Source: Mobula hypostoma
Lineage: Eukaryota
Length of the DNA stretch: 64,000 bases
Direction of reading: 5' to 3'
Assembly (NCBI RefSeq): GCF_963921235.1
Contig: NC_086107.1
Location: 103,168,001-103,232,000, forward strand
In this document: piece after piece, positions 25,701 to 36,372 of the stretch
How the letters are laid out: each line of letters opens with the position of its first letter
Position numbering within the stretch: position 1 is the stretch's first letter
Made by a program: the position numbers and the translations under genes
The notes under the pieces: generated by a model
The model's input: only the letters and a program-made list of their open reading frames with translations
What the model was told of the DNA's origin: nothing
Databases searched by the model: none

Positions 25701-28700
25701 TTCTAACCTTAATAAAACAGCTGAAGGTGACCCAGTCCAGGAGACTGGCCGACGAACTCCTGCGATAGAAATGGATTTGGAATTGGTTTATTATTGTCGC
25801 AGGTACCGAGGCAGAGTGAAAAGCTTGTCCTGCATACTGTTCATGCAGATCAATTCAATTACACAATGCATTGAGACGGTACAAGGCAAAACAACAACAG
25901 AATGCAGAGTTAAGTGCAGCAGCTAGAGGGAAAGTGCAGTGAAGATAAACAATGAGGTAGATCGTGAGATCAAGTGTCCACCTCGTCTCAGCAGAGAACC
26001 ATTCAAGAATCTGTAACAGTGGGATAGAGCTGCCTCTGAGCCTGGTGGTACATGCTTTCACGCTTTTGTATCTTCTGCCTGACGGGAGAGGGGAGAAGAG
26101 GGAATGACCGAGTCTACCTGCTTTAGTCGCAGCATGAAGACCAGACAGAGCCCACGGAGGGAAAGCTGGTTTCCATAACACGCTGAGCTGTGTCCACGAC
26201 CCTCTGCAGTTCCTTGTGGTCACAGGCAGAGCAGCTGCTATATCAAGCCATCACGCATCCGGGCAGGATGCTTTCTATGGGACACTGATAAAAATTGAGA
26301 TAGGGTCATGCCAAATTTCTTTAGTCTCCTGAGGAAGTAGAGGCGTTGTGCTGTAATGATTGACACCCAATTTCCCCCATGTGAGCAATTAACCCACCAA
26401 CCCATATGCCTTTGGAATGTGAATGGAAACTGGAGTACCCTGAAGAAACCCAAGTAAATGTACAAACTCCTACAGGCAGCAGTGGACTTGAACCTGGGTT
26501 CACCGGCACTGTAACAGTATACTTTATACTTTATTGCCGCCAAACAATTGATACTAGAATATACAGTCATCACAAACATATTTGATTCTGCGCTTCACGC
26601 TCCCTGGATTACAAATCAATATTAAATATTAAAAATTTAAATTATGAATCATAAGTAGAAAATAGAAAAATGGAAAGTAAGGTAGTGCAAAAAAAACCGA
26701 GAGGCAGGTCCGGATATTTGGAGGGTACGGCCCAGATCCGGGTCAGGATCCGTTCAGCAGTCTTATCACAGTTGGAAAGAAGTTGTTCCCAAATCTGGCC
26801 GTACGAGTCTTCAAGCTCCTGAGCCTTCTCCCGGAGGGAAGAGGGATGAAAAGTGTGTTGGCTGGGTGGGTCGTGTCCTTGATTATTCCGGCAGCACTGC
26901 TCTGACAGCGTGCGGTGTAAAGTGAGTCCACGGACGGAAGATTGGTTTGTGTGATGTGCTGCACTGTGTTCACGATCTTCTGCAGCTTCTTCCGGTCTTG
27001 GACAGGACAACTTCCACACCAGGTTGTGGTGCACCCTAGAAGAATGCTTTCTACGGTGCATCTGTAAAAATTAGTGAGGGTTTTAGGGGACAGGCCACAT
27101 TTCTTCAGCTTCCTCAGGAAGTAAAGGCACTGTACCACCCGTGATTCCCACTCAGCAGGTTTAAGACTCCCTGATGTTAAGGGTTGTAATTCTCAGCCCA
27201 CCTCTGCACTCCAGCTCTTTGCTCTGTGCTTGAACCCAAAGCTGTGTTAAGGTGCACAAGGCTATTAAATGCTGTCTGATGGCACTGTTGACCTGTAATC
27301 AGAGACAGCTATAGCTGACCCTGTGGCTCTGTCAGGTAGAGCAAGCACCTCTCTGAGTTCCTAACCTTTTCCAATCACAAATCTTTTCCTATAGCAACAA
27401 GAGAACCAGGTATAAGATCAACACCTGGGAATACAAATAAATTATTTTCGGCGCACCAGAGAGTGAGGTCTGTTGGAAACCATTATTTTTTAAACAATAC
27501 TTTTTATAAGATTTGTACTTTTTAACAAGTTCACGTATTTTTCACCGTATGTAGGGGTTCATCCCCACTCACTGGCAGAAAACGGTATAGCAGCTAAGCT
27601 AAGTTTAGCACCTTTCGCATTTTTCATTGGCTAGGTATTACCCACATAGAAACCATCGAAAAACTACAGCACAGAAACAGGCCTTTTGGCCCTTCTTGGC
27701 TGTGCCGAACCATTTTCTGCCTAGTCCCACTGACCTGCACACGGACCATATCCCTCCATACACCTCCCATCCATGTATCTGTCCAATTTATTCTTAAATG
27801 TTAAAAAAGAACCCGCATTTACCACCTTGTCTGGCAGCTCATTCCATACTCCCACCACTCTCTGTGTGAAGAAGCCCCCCCCAGTGTTCCCTTTAAACTT
27901 TTCCCCCCTCACCCTTAACCCATGTCCTCTGGTTTTTCTCTCCCTAGCGCAGTTACATGATGTAACTGTTTTAATTATGTAGTCTATTAACTAGTTTATC
28001 TCTAAGGAATTTCTCTTATCTATAAAAGTGATGGATTTTTCAGAGGTACCAGCTTGGTATCCTGATTTCTTTGTCTTTGCATTCATTCTATCTCTTAGCA
28101 TTGGTTCTCAGCTCTTTATTTAGTTTGCTTAGTATTTGCATGTTTGTTTGTAATTCAACTAAACTGAAATCTTGGAATTAAGACTGTGCACCCTCCACAA
28201 GGACATCAAGAAGGCCCAAAGTACTTTACAACAATGATGAATACTCTGAAATGTAGTCCCTGGTTTTCAACACGTACTCAATAAGCCCTCATCAACACTG
28301 ATGCGATGATTACCAGGTCATCATTTTTTTTATTAATAGTGACTCAGGGATAAATTATACCCAGGAATTTGACTCAATAGTTCTAATCTTTGAGAACACC
28401 AAGGGATCTATTACATCGACACAAGAAAGTAGACAGAGTCTTGACAATGCCACACTCACACTGAATGACACTACACAGTTATCTGTTCATTTGTTAGAAG
28501 TAGGATTTGAGCTCACAATCTTCTGACTCAGAAGCAAAGATCTTACACATTTGGCAGAGAAACAGACTGCAGAACATTTCGTGCCTCTGCAGGCACTTTG
28601 GGGAGGAAAAAACTATCAAATTAGTTCCATACTTCTGCTTTTTATCCCACAGCTCTGGAGTTTCTTCTTTCTACCCCTCACCCATCTCTCTGCACTCCCT

Positions 28701-29618
28701 TCAGGTGTACACCCCCAATCCGACAATTTTTTTTCCCGGGAGCATCACAGGTTGAGGGGAAACCTGACAGACAGGCATACATAGGGTAGCAGTCTTTTTC
28801 CCAGAGTGGAAATGTCAAATGTCAAGGGTCGGAGCTTTACGTTGAGTGGGGGAAAATTTAAGGATTTGTGAGATCACCTGTAGCGGCAAAACCAAACCAA
28901 AACAATTGCCGCTAGCCTGCGACTGTGATGGTGTTGTTATACTTGCATGACACGCCCCCAGCTCTAATGATTGCTCCAAAAGTTGAATACTTTATAAGCG
29001 AACGTACAATCTTGAAGCAATGAACTTAAGTGTACACAAGTTATTCAGCTTCATTTTAGCAGTCAGCAAAAGATACAACCTCTGGTGGTCCCAAACTACA
29101 AAGCTGCCCTGAAGTAAGCAACAACACGTAACTTATTCCCTTCACCTTTAGCACATCCCCACTCATGTGACTAATTACCATAATAAAGGCGCAAGGCAGA
29201 ACAGAAAACAGAGAGATAACAGAATCCTACACAATCTACTGATTTTTTTTTTACACCAAGGATGGTAAGTGCCTGGAACATACCGCCAGGGGAGTGACGG
29301 ACACAGATACAATGACAATATTCAAGAGGCATTTATACAGGCATGTGACAGGCAGGTTATAGGCAACTCGCAAGCAGAATAGATTGAAATCCTTGTTAGC
29401 CACATGACCTGCTCCTGTGCTAAGTACAACCCTTTGGATTTACTGGCTCAAAGTTACTTTGTGACGCAACACATCACAAATTGCTGCTTCGACCTCCAGA
29501 CTCTTACCTTGTTGGCAAGTTTCTTGTTCAGCTCTTCTGCGATGGCATCGTTTAATTTCCTCTCAAAGAACCAGGGCGGAATCCGCACAGTGTCTACCAT
29601 CTCCACCAGAACAAACAT
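4659..29618 (-). CDS. POLR3H: RNA polymerase III subunit RPC8 (POLR3H), full spliced CDS span: join(29508-29618,22801-22897,20214-20300,11681-11744,5849-6053,4659-4712), 205 aa
   Basis: Manual splicing gives an uninterrupted 618-nt frame [16 protein letters not shown]...[17 protein letters not shown], closely matching vertebrate RPC8 as I recall it. All introns are GT-AG and the exon phases are compatible. Confidence 0.97.
5849..6053 (-). CDS. POLR3H: POLR3H coding exon 5 ([45 protein letters not shown]...KESPYTLT)
   Basis: Lies within ORF 5843..6115; acceptor ggcAG at 6055-6054, donor ACG|GTATGA; 205 nt. Confidence 0.96.
7556..7975 (-). mobile_element. Penelope-like 3' fragment
   Basis: Same tail and hammerhead core (CTGATGA...GAAACGTC on minus) and the end of the endonuclease ORF. 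Confidence 0.75.
8521..10239. mobile_element. Penelope-like element family B (Penelope/Poseidon-type) with inverted pseudo-LTR, interrupted by the family A copy
   Basis: 9668-9950 encodes IPYVTGIS...QKLVHPKD...VYAIQC...HIGQTK (GIY-YIG). 8559-8595 plus 9624-9666 is the reverse complement of about 10160-10239. Confidence 0.85.
8596..9611 (+). mobile_element. Penelope-like element family A (Neptune-type), 5'-truncated; GIY-YIG endonuclease region plus 3' tail
   Basis: ORF 8597..9277 contains [38 protein letters not shown]; 12-bp TSD TGGACTTGCTGT (8584-8595, 9612-9623); degenerate hammerhead near 9485-9520. Confidence 0.9.
10490..11340 (+). mobile_element. Decayed CR1 ORF2 fragment (APE-RT linker)
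   Basis: EHFGSGDH and KENPKKFY-like remnants. Confidence 0.65.
11681..11744 (-). CDS. POLR3H: POLR3H coding exon 4 ([22 protein letters not shown])
   Basis: ttcttcttcctcacAG acceptor, 64 nt, followed by the U12-type donor GTATCCTT. Confidence 0.95.
11930..13100 (+). mobile_element. Rex1/Babar LINE 5' portion (APE endonuclease), decayed
   Basis: [31 protein letters not shown] and HFGKSNH motifs; CAAGATGGCG 5' motif. Confidence 0.8.
13604..13745. mobile_element. Short inverted Penelope-tail insertion
   Basis: Antisense hammerhead-bearing piece joined to a sense 3' tail; TSD AGATCGAGTC(G/C)CTT (13590-13603, 13746-13759). Confidence 0.75.
15015..16232. repeat. 33-bp minisatellite, about 37 copies (TTCGCTGCCTCCACCTATCACCGGCCAGCTCGG), embedded in a Penelope-like 3' region
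   Basis: Direct tandem array. Flanks 14900-15014 and 16233-16460 resemble the PLE 3' UTR and tail. Confidence 0.95.
17202..17397. mobile_element. Older fold-back Penelope-tail insertion
   Basis: Imperfect inverted arms around gtcgacgtt...aacgtcgac; degenerate 11-bp flanking duplication. Confidence 0.7.
18121..18308 (-). mobile_element. tRNA-derived SINE inserted in CR1
   Basis: A box TGGCATAGTGG, B box GGTTCAAATCC, AATAACAATA tail. Confidence 0.7.
18655..19323 (+). mobile_element. Young CR1 LINE 3' fragment
   Basis: ORF 18671..19201 ([24 protein letters not shown]); (ATTGTCT)n tail; TSD TAAAAG. Confidence 0.9.
20214..20300 (-). CDS. POLR3H: POLR3H coding exon 3 ([29 protein letters not shown])
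   Basis: cccacacAG acceptor, 87 nt, donor G|GTGAGT; translation matches RPC8. Confidence 0.95.
21018..21423 (+). mobile_element. RTE (Expander/Rex3-like) derived short non-autonomous element, inserted in CR1
   Basis: RTE-type 5' head and tail; 14-bp TSD GGAAATGGA(T/C)GGGA (21004-21017, 21424-21437). Confidence 0.65.
22119..22405 (+). mobile_element. V-SINE/HE1-like tRNA SINE (representative; other copies near 5435-5720, 14425-14720, 16620-16930, 18390-18540, 19890-20060, 30385-30710, 45640-45870, 48395-48563, 51350-51580, 59315-59560, 61510-61660)
   Basis: A/B boxes, gggtgctccagtttcctc-cacagtccaaaga core, (aata)n tail. Confidence 0.8.
22801..22897 (-). CDS. POLR3H: POLR3H coding exon 2 ([32 protein letters not shown])
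   Basis: ttttctctctgcAG acceptor, 97 nt, donor G|GTTAGG; translation matches RPC8. Confidence 0.96.
24373..24585 (-). mobile_element. Short fold-back Penelope-tail insertion with intact minimal hammerhead
   Basis: About 75-bp inverted arms; 14-bp TSD TAATTGTATACACT (24359-24372, 24586-24599). Confidence 0.88.
24473..24508 (-). ncRNA. Minimal type I hammerhead ribozyme motif (Penelope-associated)
   Basis: AGTC CTGACGA AGGGTCTTGGCCT GAAA CGTC GACT: stem I AGTC/GACT, conserved core, palindromic ACGT in place of stem III, GUC cleavage triplet. Confidence 0.75.
25357..25425. mobile_element. 69-bp hAT-like MITE
   Basis: TIR CAGGGGTTCCC/GGGAACCCCTG; imperfect 8-bp TSD CTTTAAAT/CCTTAAAC; a partial second copy near 42873-42915. 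Confidence 0.65.
26518..27135 (-). mobile_element. Rex1/Babar LINE 3' fragment
   Basis: ORF 26743..27138 ([35 protein letters not shown]) plus tail. Confidence 0.85.
27644..27945 (-). mobile_element. CR1 3' end
   Basis: [14 protein letters not shown] remnant and tail. Confidence 0.8.
29508..29618 (-). CDS. POLR3H: POLR3H coding exon 1 ([37 protein letters not shown])
   Basis: ATG at 29618-29616; donor AAG|GTAAG at 29507. An upstream acceptor ttcttttcttAG at 29640-29639 implies the exon starts at 29638 with 20 nt of 5' UTR. Confidence 0.96.
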
Positions 29619-30254
29619 GGTGCACGAGGCAGCGTGTACTAAGAAAAGAAGGGTCACGTAGGTTAAACACTGCACGTTATGTGAGGAAGCTGAATGCTCT
29701 GATTGCAAGGACTATTGTTCGGTATTGAGAGAATACCTTGCGATAATTTGGACAGAACCGGTTTTCCCCACTGTGGTACTCGAGCGCTCAGCCCAGAGAC
29801 GGGAATAGACACATGGAGGGTTCAGCAAAGGACAGAACCTGTAACGACAGCATATTATTCATATAAGTAGTTTATTAATAATTCCCATGGAGCAGATGGG
29901 GAATCAACAAAGCTTGATGAACTAGGTGAGGAAATGTTAATAGAATTAAGAGAGTATGGGGGAGAGCTAAGAAGGGTATGCGAGCTCAGAGTCTTGATAA
30001 CTGGAAGTACTGAGATGTCACTGAGAATTAGCAATTCTGAAGAACAAGATTATAGAATCAGAATTGTTTACAACAGTGAAAGAAGCTATTCTGCCTTAAG
30101 TCGATACAGGCTCGAGATAGGAGCAGTTCTGATGTCCTGTAGTTTAGAATGAGGGGTGATATGATTGAACACACAAGGTTGTTAAAGGGAGCTGACCAGG
30201 TAGACGGTGAGGTATTTCCACCACTGGGAGAGTTATGAGTGCGCGGAAATACGG

Positions 30255-30395
30255 TAACAAAGGGTGGGCAGTACAGTAGCATAAAGTGGCAGAGGGTGGG
30301 CAATAGAGTGGCATGGATAGTACAGTGGCAGAGGGTGGGCAGTACAGTAGCACGGGTTGATGGTATGGTGGCAGAGGGTGGGCGTTATGGTGGCA
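30255..30395. repeat. Degenerate tandem repeat (GTGGCAGAGGGTGGGCAGTACAGTAGCA-like, about 4 copies) at a SINE head
   Basis: Repeated gcagagggtgggc motif. Confidence 0.6.
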
Positions 30396-31099
30396 TAGTG
30401 GTTAGTATAACGCTCTACAGTGCCGGCGATCAGGGTTCAAACTCGGCGCTGTCGGGCTAGCACGATACCGTAGCGGTTGGCATGACGGTATTGCAGCACC
30501 AGTGACCCAGGCTTAATCCCCTCGCTGTCTGTAAGGAACTCGTACATTCTCCACATGAGCACGTGTGCTCCCCCTGAGTGCTTCGACTTCCTCCCACGTT
30601 CCAAAGACACAAGGGGTTAGAAGTTTACTGTGTCACATGGATGGAATGGGGCGATGCAGGCTTGTCGGGCTGGAAGGGGCCGTTACTGAGCCGTAACTCT
30701 AAATAAATAAACATAGTTCCACAGTAAGAGTATCGGAATGTCTTCTCTGAAGGGGTAGATATTGAGAATTTAGTACCCTGGAGGATTGTGGAGGCCAGAA
30801 CAATGAAAGGTTGATAATTTTTGGAAGGATGAAGAACTGAGGGCTATGTGAAATTGGGAAGAAGAAATGAAGACTAAAGAAATTGAGTTGTGATCAAATT
30901 GAATGGTGGGACAGGTGGTCTAATACTGCACCCATTTCCCCTCAGACATTGATGACTGCCTCTTACACTCAGGCTGGGCAGTGCAGTTCTGTTTTCTTTC
31001 CTGCCGTACCTTCACAAGGTTCTGCTGGCTCTTCCTTTTCTCTGTCCCCATCACAGGAGACAGGCTTGCTCCTTACATCAAGTACAAGTCTAGCGAATG

Positions 31100-31865
31100 C
31101 AGCAGCTATCTCAACTACTCTTTGTCTGACTCTACCTCCCGCGAGGACTCGATTGCATTCTCCCAGTTCCACTGGCTCCACTTATTTGCCTCAACGATGA
31201 GAAATTCTGCAGTGGTGCCTCTGAAATGTCTCCGTTCTTTATGAACTGTTGCTTCGCCTCTGCCAGGGCTAACAAAGCTCGAGATCCCCGCCTCATCCAT
31301 TTTCTTCGCCTCAGTTCTCACCCCTCTCCTACAGAAAAAGGATAGAGTTCTCCTGGTTCTCACCTTCAGCCCCACCAGCCTCCACATTCAACAGTTCATT
31401 CCCTGCAGTTTCCACCACTGACAGTCTTTCCCCCTCCTCCTCTTTCAGCAGTTTGCCCTTTGACTCCCTGGGCCATTCTCGCTAACCAACACTCTGTCCA
31501 TAGGAAATCTAATGCTGGTCCCTTCACCCCTTCCCTTCTCACCTTCCAGACACCCAGTCCTTCCGGGTGAAGCAGTGCACTTCTCCCAATCTAAGTACAG
31601 TATTCATTATGCGGTCTCCTCCACACTGGAGAAACCATACGCAGACTGGATCGCTTTGCAGAGCACCTGCGTTCAGCCTGCAGGGGTAATCCCGAGCTCC
31701 CTGTTAACTCCAGCCTGCACTTTAGCTTCCCATCCCACTCTGACCTACCGCTCTGTGGCCTCCAGTACCGTCACGGTGAAGCCCAACGTAAACTTTTAGG
31801 AGCAGCAAACTCATGCTGTCCGGGCACGCCTGCTGGCCTCAATATAGAATTATGTAACTTTAGGA
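31100..31865 (+). mobile_element. Old, decayed Penelope-like fragment (RT C-terminus to GIY-YIG)
   Basis: Recognisable similarity to 8600-9277 (gatagagttctcctggttctcaccttcagccccaccagcctcc). Confidence 0.7.
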
Positions 31866-32239
31866 AACTTTTGATTTCTCGGAGAGTATCAGTTGTCTGT
31901 CCATGATATCGGCTCAACATGTGTTTATTCACCCTTTTTCCCTCACTGGGATTGGAGCACATCCTCAGCCCGGACTCAAGGAGAAGGTCCGGCACAGGGG
32001 CTCGGGGGATAGCGACAGTCACGGGGACAAGGACAGACTCTGGAGCTGGTCAAGATCTGAGGACGGGGACAGGGTCCGGGCTCATGGAAATCTGGGACCA
32101 CGGCTCGGAGGATAGGGACAGGGCCCGCGCTCAAGTTCGGGGACAAGTTCGGTGTCAGGGGCAAGGTTTGGGCCCAGGACCTAGGGAGAGGGTCTGGGTC
32201 AAGGGCTCAGGGCCCAAGGCCCGACGTTAACATCACTCA

Positions 32240-32540
32240 GTCCCTGACCTGGAGTTCCACGCACCCTGGGCCACAACGCAAACTTTGAGTGGCCGAGCAC
32301 CAACAGCGGAGCCACCACTTCACCTTCCACGCTACCGCTTTTCTCACAAACCTTCGATAAATTTAAAATTTTCATTCAGTTGCCTTCACGCAGGAATCTA
32401 TTTTACAGCAGACGGTCAGGGAACTCAATCCGCCTTACGGCAGACGGTCACTCCGCCTCCTTTCCCATTGATTTAAAAAAAAACTTATGGTGGTTTTACC
32501 ACAGTTTGCGACGACGTGAGACCAAACGGTTTAAAAGTAG
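32240..32540 (-). promoter_or_regulatory. Probable POLR3H promoter / non-coding first exon (CpG-rich)
   Basis: Local CpG enrichment, non-repetitive sequence, candidate donor AAG|GTGAAG at 32323, CRE-like GACGTGA near 32513, duplicated CAGACGGTCA. The ATG exon has an acceptor, so an upstream exon is expected. Confidence 0.5.
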
Positions 32541-33926
32541 TCAAATTTCACTAAAGAAATATGATTTTTGACTCAGGCAACTACTTCACTTCTAATGTAT
32601 AATGTGTAAGTGCTGATATATAGGAGCATTTTTAAAAGAACTGTAATTAAAGTTGAGATCCAAAATTAATGCAACAATGTTCCTAAATGTAAAAGTTTGA
32701 ATCTCAGGATACTTATTCCAGTAAAATATCATCACATTTGTCGAAGTACAATGCAATACATAATTCTGAATTACAGTAAATAAATAATAGTAAAATTAAA
32801 TGAGAAGTGCAAACAATATGGTGAGGTGGTGGTCATGGGTTCAATATCCATTCAGAAATCTGATGGCAGAGAGGAAGAAGCTGTTCCTGAATCGTTGAGT
32901 GTGTGCCTTCAGGCTCCTGTACCTCCTTCCTGATGGTAGTAATGAGCACAGGGCATGTCCTGGGTGATGGGGTCCTTAATGATGGATGCTGCCTTTTTGA
33001 GGCATCACTCCTTGAAGATGTCCTGGATACTACAGAGGCTAGTGCCTGTGATGGAGCTGACTAAGTTTACAACTCTCTGCAGCTTCTTTCAATTCTTTGC
33101 AGAGCCCTCCACCCCATATTATACGGTGATGCAGGCACTTAGAATGTTCTCCACAGTACATCTGTAGAAATGTGCAGTGTTTTTGGTGACATCCCAAATC
33201 TCCTCAAACTAATGAAATATAGCCACTGTCATGCCCTCTTTGTAACTGCATCAATATGTTGGGTCCAGGTTCGATCCTTGAGATGTTGACACTCAGGAAC
33301 TTGAAATTGCACACTCTTTCCACTTCTGGTCCCTCTATGAGGACTGGTGTGTGTTCCCTCATCTTACTCTTTCTGAAGTCCACAATCAGTTCTTTGGTCT
33401 CACTGACATTGAGTGCAAGGTTGGTGCTGTGGACACCACTCAACTAGCTGATCTATCTCGCTCCTGTGCACCTCCTGATCACCATCTGAAATTCTGCCAA
33501 TAATGGTTGTATCATCAGCAAATATATATTTGGCATTTGAGCTGTGCCTAGCCACACAGTCATGGGAGTAGAGAGAGTAGAGCAGTGGGCTAAGCGCACA
33601 CCCCTGTGGTGCACCAGTGTTAGTTGTTAGTGAGGTGGAGATATTGTTTCCAATCCACACTGATCGTGGTCTTCCGGTAGGAAGTTGAGGATCCATTTGC
33701 AGAGGGAGGTATAGAGACCCAGGTCTTGGAGCTTTTTCATCAGAACTGTAGGAATGATTGTGTTAAACCCTGAGCTGTAGTCATTAACCAGCAGCCTGAC
33801 ATAAGCATTAGTACTGTCCAACTGATCCAAGGCCACATGAAGAGCCAATGAGATCGCATCCGCTGTAGACCTGTAGTGGCGATAGGCAAATGCAGTGGGA
33901 TCAGGTCCTTGCTGAGACAGGAATTG

Positions 33927-34636
33927 CATCATCTCTACTTTCTGCGAAGGCTGAGAAAAGTCCATCTCCCACCCCCCCATCCTCACCACATTCTACAGAG
34001 GATGTATCGAGAGCATCTTGAGTAGCTGCGTCACTGCCTGGTTCGGGAATTGCACCGTCTCGGATCACAAGACCCTGCAGTGGATAGTGAGGTCAGCTGA
34101 GAAGATCATCAGGGTCTCTCTTCCCACCATTACAGACATTTACACTACACGCTGCACCCGTAAAGCCAACAGCATTGTGAAGGACCCTACGCACCCCTCA
34201 TATGAACTCTTCTCCCTCCTGCCATCTGGCAAAAGGTACTGAAGCATTCGAGCTCTCACAACCAGACTGTTCAACAGTTTCTTCCCCCAAGCCATCAGAC
34301 TCCTTAATACCCAGAGAGTAGACTGACATCTACATCATTTATTATTATATTGTAATTTGTCCTCTACTGTGCCTATTGTCTTGGTTATTAATTATTGTAG
34401 TGCCCTGCACTGTTTTGTGCACTTTATGTAGTCCTGTGCAGGTCTGTAGTCAGGTGTAGTTTTTGTGTTGTCTTATGTAGTCTAGTGTAGCCTTGTGCTG
34501 TCTGACATAGTCTAGTGTAGTTTTGTGTTGTTTCATGTAGCATCAGGGTCCTGGAGGAACGTTGTTTCGTTTTTACTGTGTACTGTACCAGCAGTTTATG
34601 GTCGAAATGACAATAAAAAGCGACTTGACTTGACTT
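33927..34636 (+). mobile_element. Rex1/Babar 3' fragment with (GACTT)n tail
   Basis: TSD GAATTG (33921-33926, 34637-34642). Confidence 0.8.
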
Positions 34637-34674
34637 GAATTGATTCTAGCCATAACCAACCTTTCAAAGCACTT

Positions 34675-34806
34675 AAACAAAAACAACAGGAATTCTGCAG
34701 ATGCTGGAAATTCAAGCAACATACATCAAAGTTGCTGGTGAACACAGCAGGCCAAGCAGCATCTATAGGAAGAGGCGCAGTCGACGTTTCAGGCCGAGAC
34801 CCTTCG
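34675..34806 (-). mobile_element. Short Penelope-tail insertion truncated in the hammerhead core
   Basis: 11-bp TSD TCAAAGCACTT (34664-34674, 34807-34817), inside a Rex1 RT fragment. Confidence 0.85.
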
Positions 34807-35262
34807 TCAAAGCACTTCATCACCGTAGCTGTGAGTGCAACTGGACGACAGTCATTAAGGCAGCTCACCCTGCTCTGCTTGGGCACTGGTATAATTGTTG
34901 CACTTTTGAAGCGGGGTGGGGCAGGGGGGAGTGTCATGGTCCAGTCCGTGGACTCAGGACTCCGGGTCTTCCAGCTGTCCCTTGTTTGAATTAATCATAG
35001 GCACTTGATTCCCATCTTTGGGCTTGCAATATAAGTAGCCTTGGGACTGAGTGTGGGTGGCTGGCCAGTGGCTGGCAGCTGAGCTGCTGGGCCAGAGTTA
35101 CGAGTTAGCTGCTGGCTGTGGGGTATTGTGGGGGACATTCTGTGGGAATATTGACCGATGGCCTGTATAGGTCTGGAACGATATTCGTACATGGTCCCTT
35201 GCAAACTCTGATAGGATGGCAGGGAGGGAGACTGATAGTGACAGCAATAGTATGGAGTGTGA

Positions 35263-36361
35263 GTGGGAAGAGGGACTAAGAACAGGAAGGTGATGGGTTG
35301 GAAGAGAAAGAAAGGAGGTGGGTCTAGTGTAGGCGGATCAGAAAGTGAGGGAAGAGAAGTTGAGGAGAAGGGCCCGAGGGCAAAATTGCTAAATGTAGTG
35401 ATAAGATTTGAGGGGGAAGGGGGTGTAAAGAAAATCGATCTGCTTAAGCTAACAAAAATCATTAGAGGACAAGTAGGGGAAGTGAACCATGCGAGAATTT
35501 TAGGAGATGGAAACCTGCTGACAGGATGTAAAACTGAAGAGCAGATGGAGAAGGCAATGAAGGTGACTAATGCTGGGAAAGTCAAAGTGTCCAGGGTTGT
35601 AAGAGTTGGAGCACAAAGGGTCAATGGTTGTAAGGGGGTGATATCTGGGGTTCCCCTCAGTGTTAATATGAAGGAGCTAGTGGAGAACTTGAGGGTGAGG
35701 AATAGTTCAGTGAAGAGTGTGAAAAGAGTGACAAGGGGAGCAGAGAAAAGTGAGACTGAAACTGTTCTGGTAGAATTTGAGGATAAGGTGCCTTCAAAGG
35801 AGTTATATTTTGGATTTCTAAGATACAATGTAAGAGAATATACACCAAAACCTATGAGGTGTTTCAATTGCCAGGAGTTTGGACATGTAGCCAAACTGTG
35901 CAAAGGAAAGAGAAGATGTGCAAGGTGTGGTGGGGAACATGAATATGGAAAATGTGGAGAGGGAGTGAGACCAAAGTGCTGTAATTGTGGAGGACTGGGG
36001 ATGTGAGGTGTTGGAAAAAGAGGTGGAGGTGCAGCAGATAAGGGTGAAGGAAAAAGTCTCATATGCTGAGGCAGTCAAGTTGGCAGGACAGAAGAGAATG
36101 AATGAGGGAGGATGTAGCAAAGAGCAAGCGGCAGCTAAAGAAAGGCAAGATAAGAAGAATGCATGGATAGAGAAGAAGATATTGGTGACCTTTATAGCAG
36201 GAGAGGTAAATGCAACGTATGAGATCAAATCTAAAACTGAAAGGATTCAGGTTATTGTGAAAGCCGCAGAGCACCATTTGGATATGAGAGGATTAAAATG
36301 GGAAGAAGTAAACAATGAACTCAGGGTACAGTCAAGTCAAGAGACAGTATGTGTGGGTTGA
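35263..36361 (+). pseudogene. LINE ORF1 gag-like zinc-knuckle protein, frameshifted
   Basis: CFNCQEFGHVAKLC, CARCGGEHEYGKC and a truncated CCNCGG; continues in ORF 35987..36361. Confidence 0.85.
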
Positions 36362-36372
36362 TATTACTGATA

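Noticed and set aside
26743-27138. ORF resembling the domain sometimes labelled ALKBH8 N-terminal/DUF1891
   Set aside because: It is the C-terminus of Rex1/Babar RT, present in many copies here.
27440-28100. Mitochondrial insertion (NUMT) or snoRNA
   Set aside because: No recognisable mitochondrial rRNA/tRNA sequence and no paired C/D or H/ACA boxes.
34995-36062. 355-aa minus-strand ORF
   Set aside because: Antisense shadow of the purine-rich Nimb ORF1.
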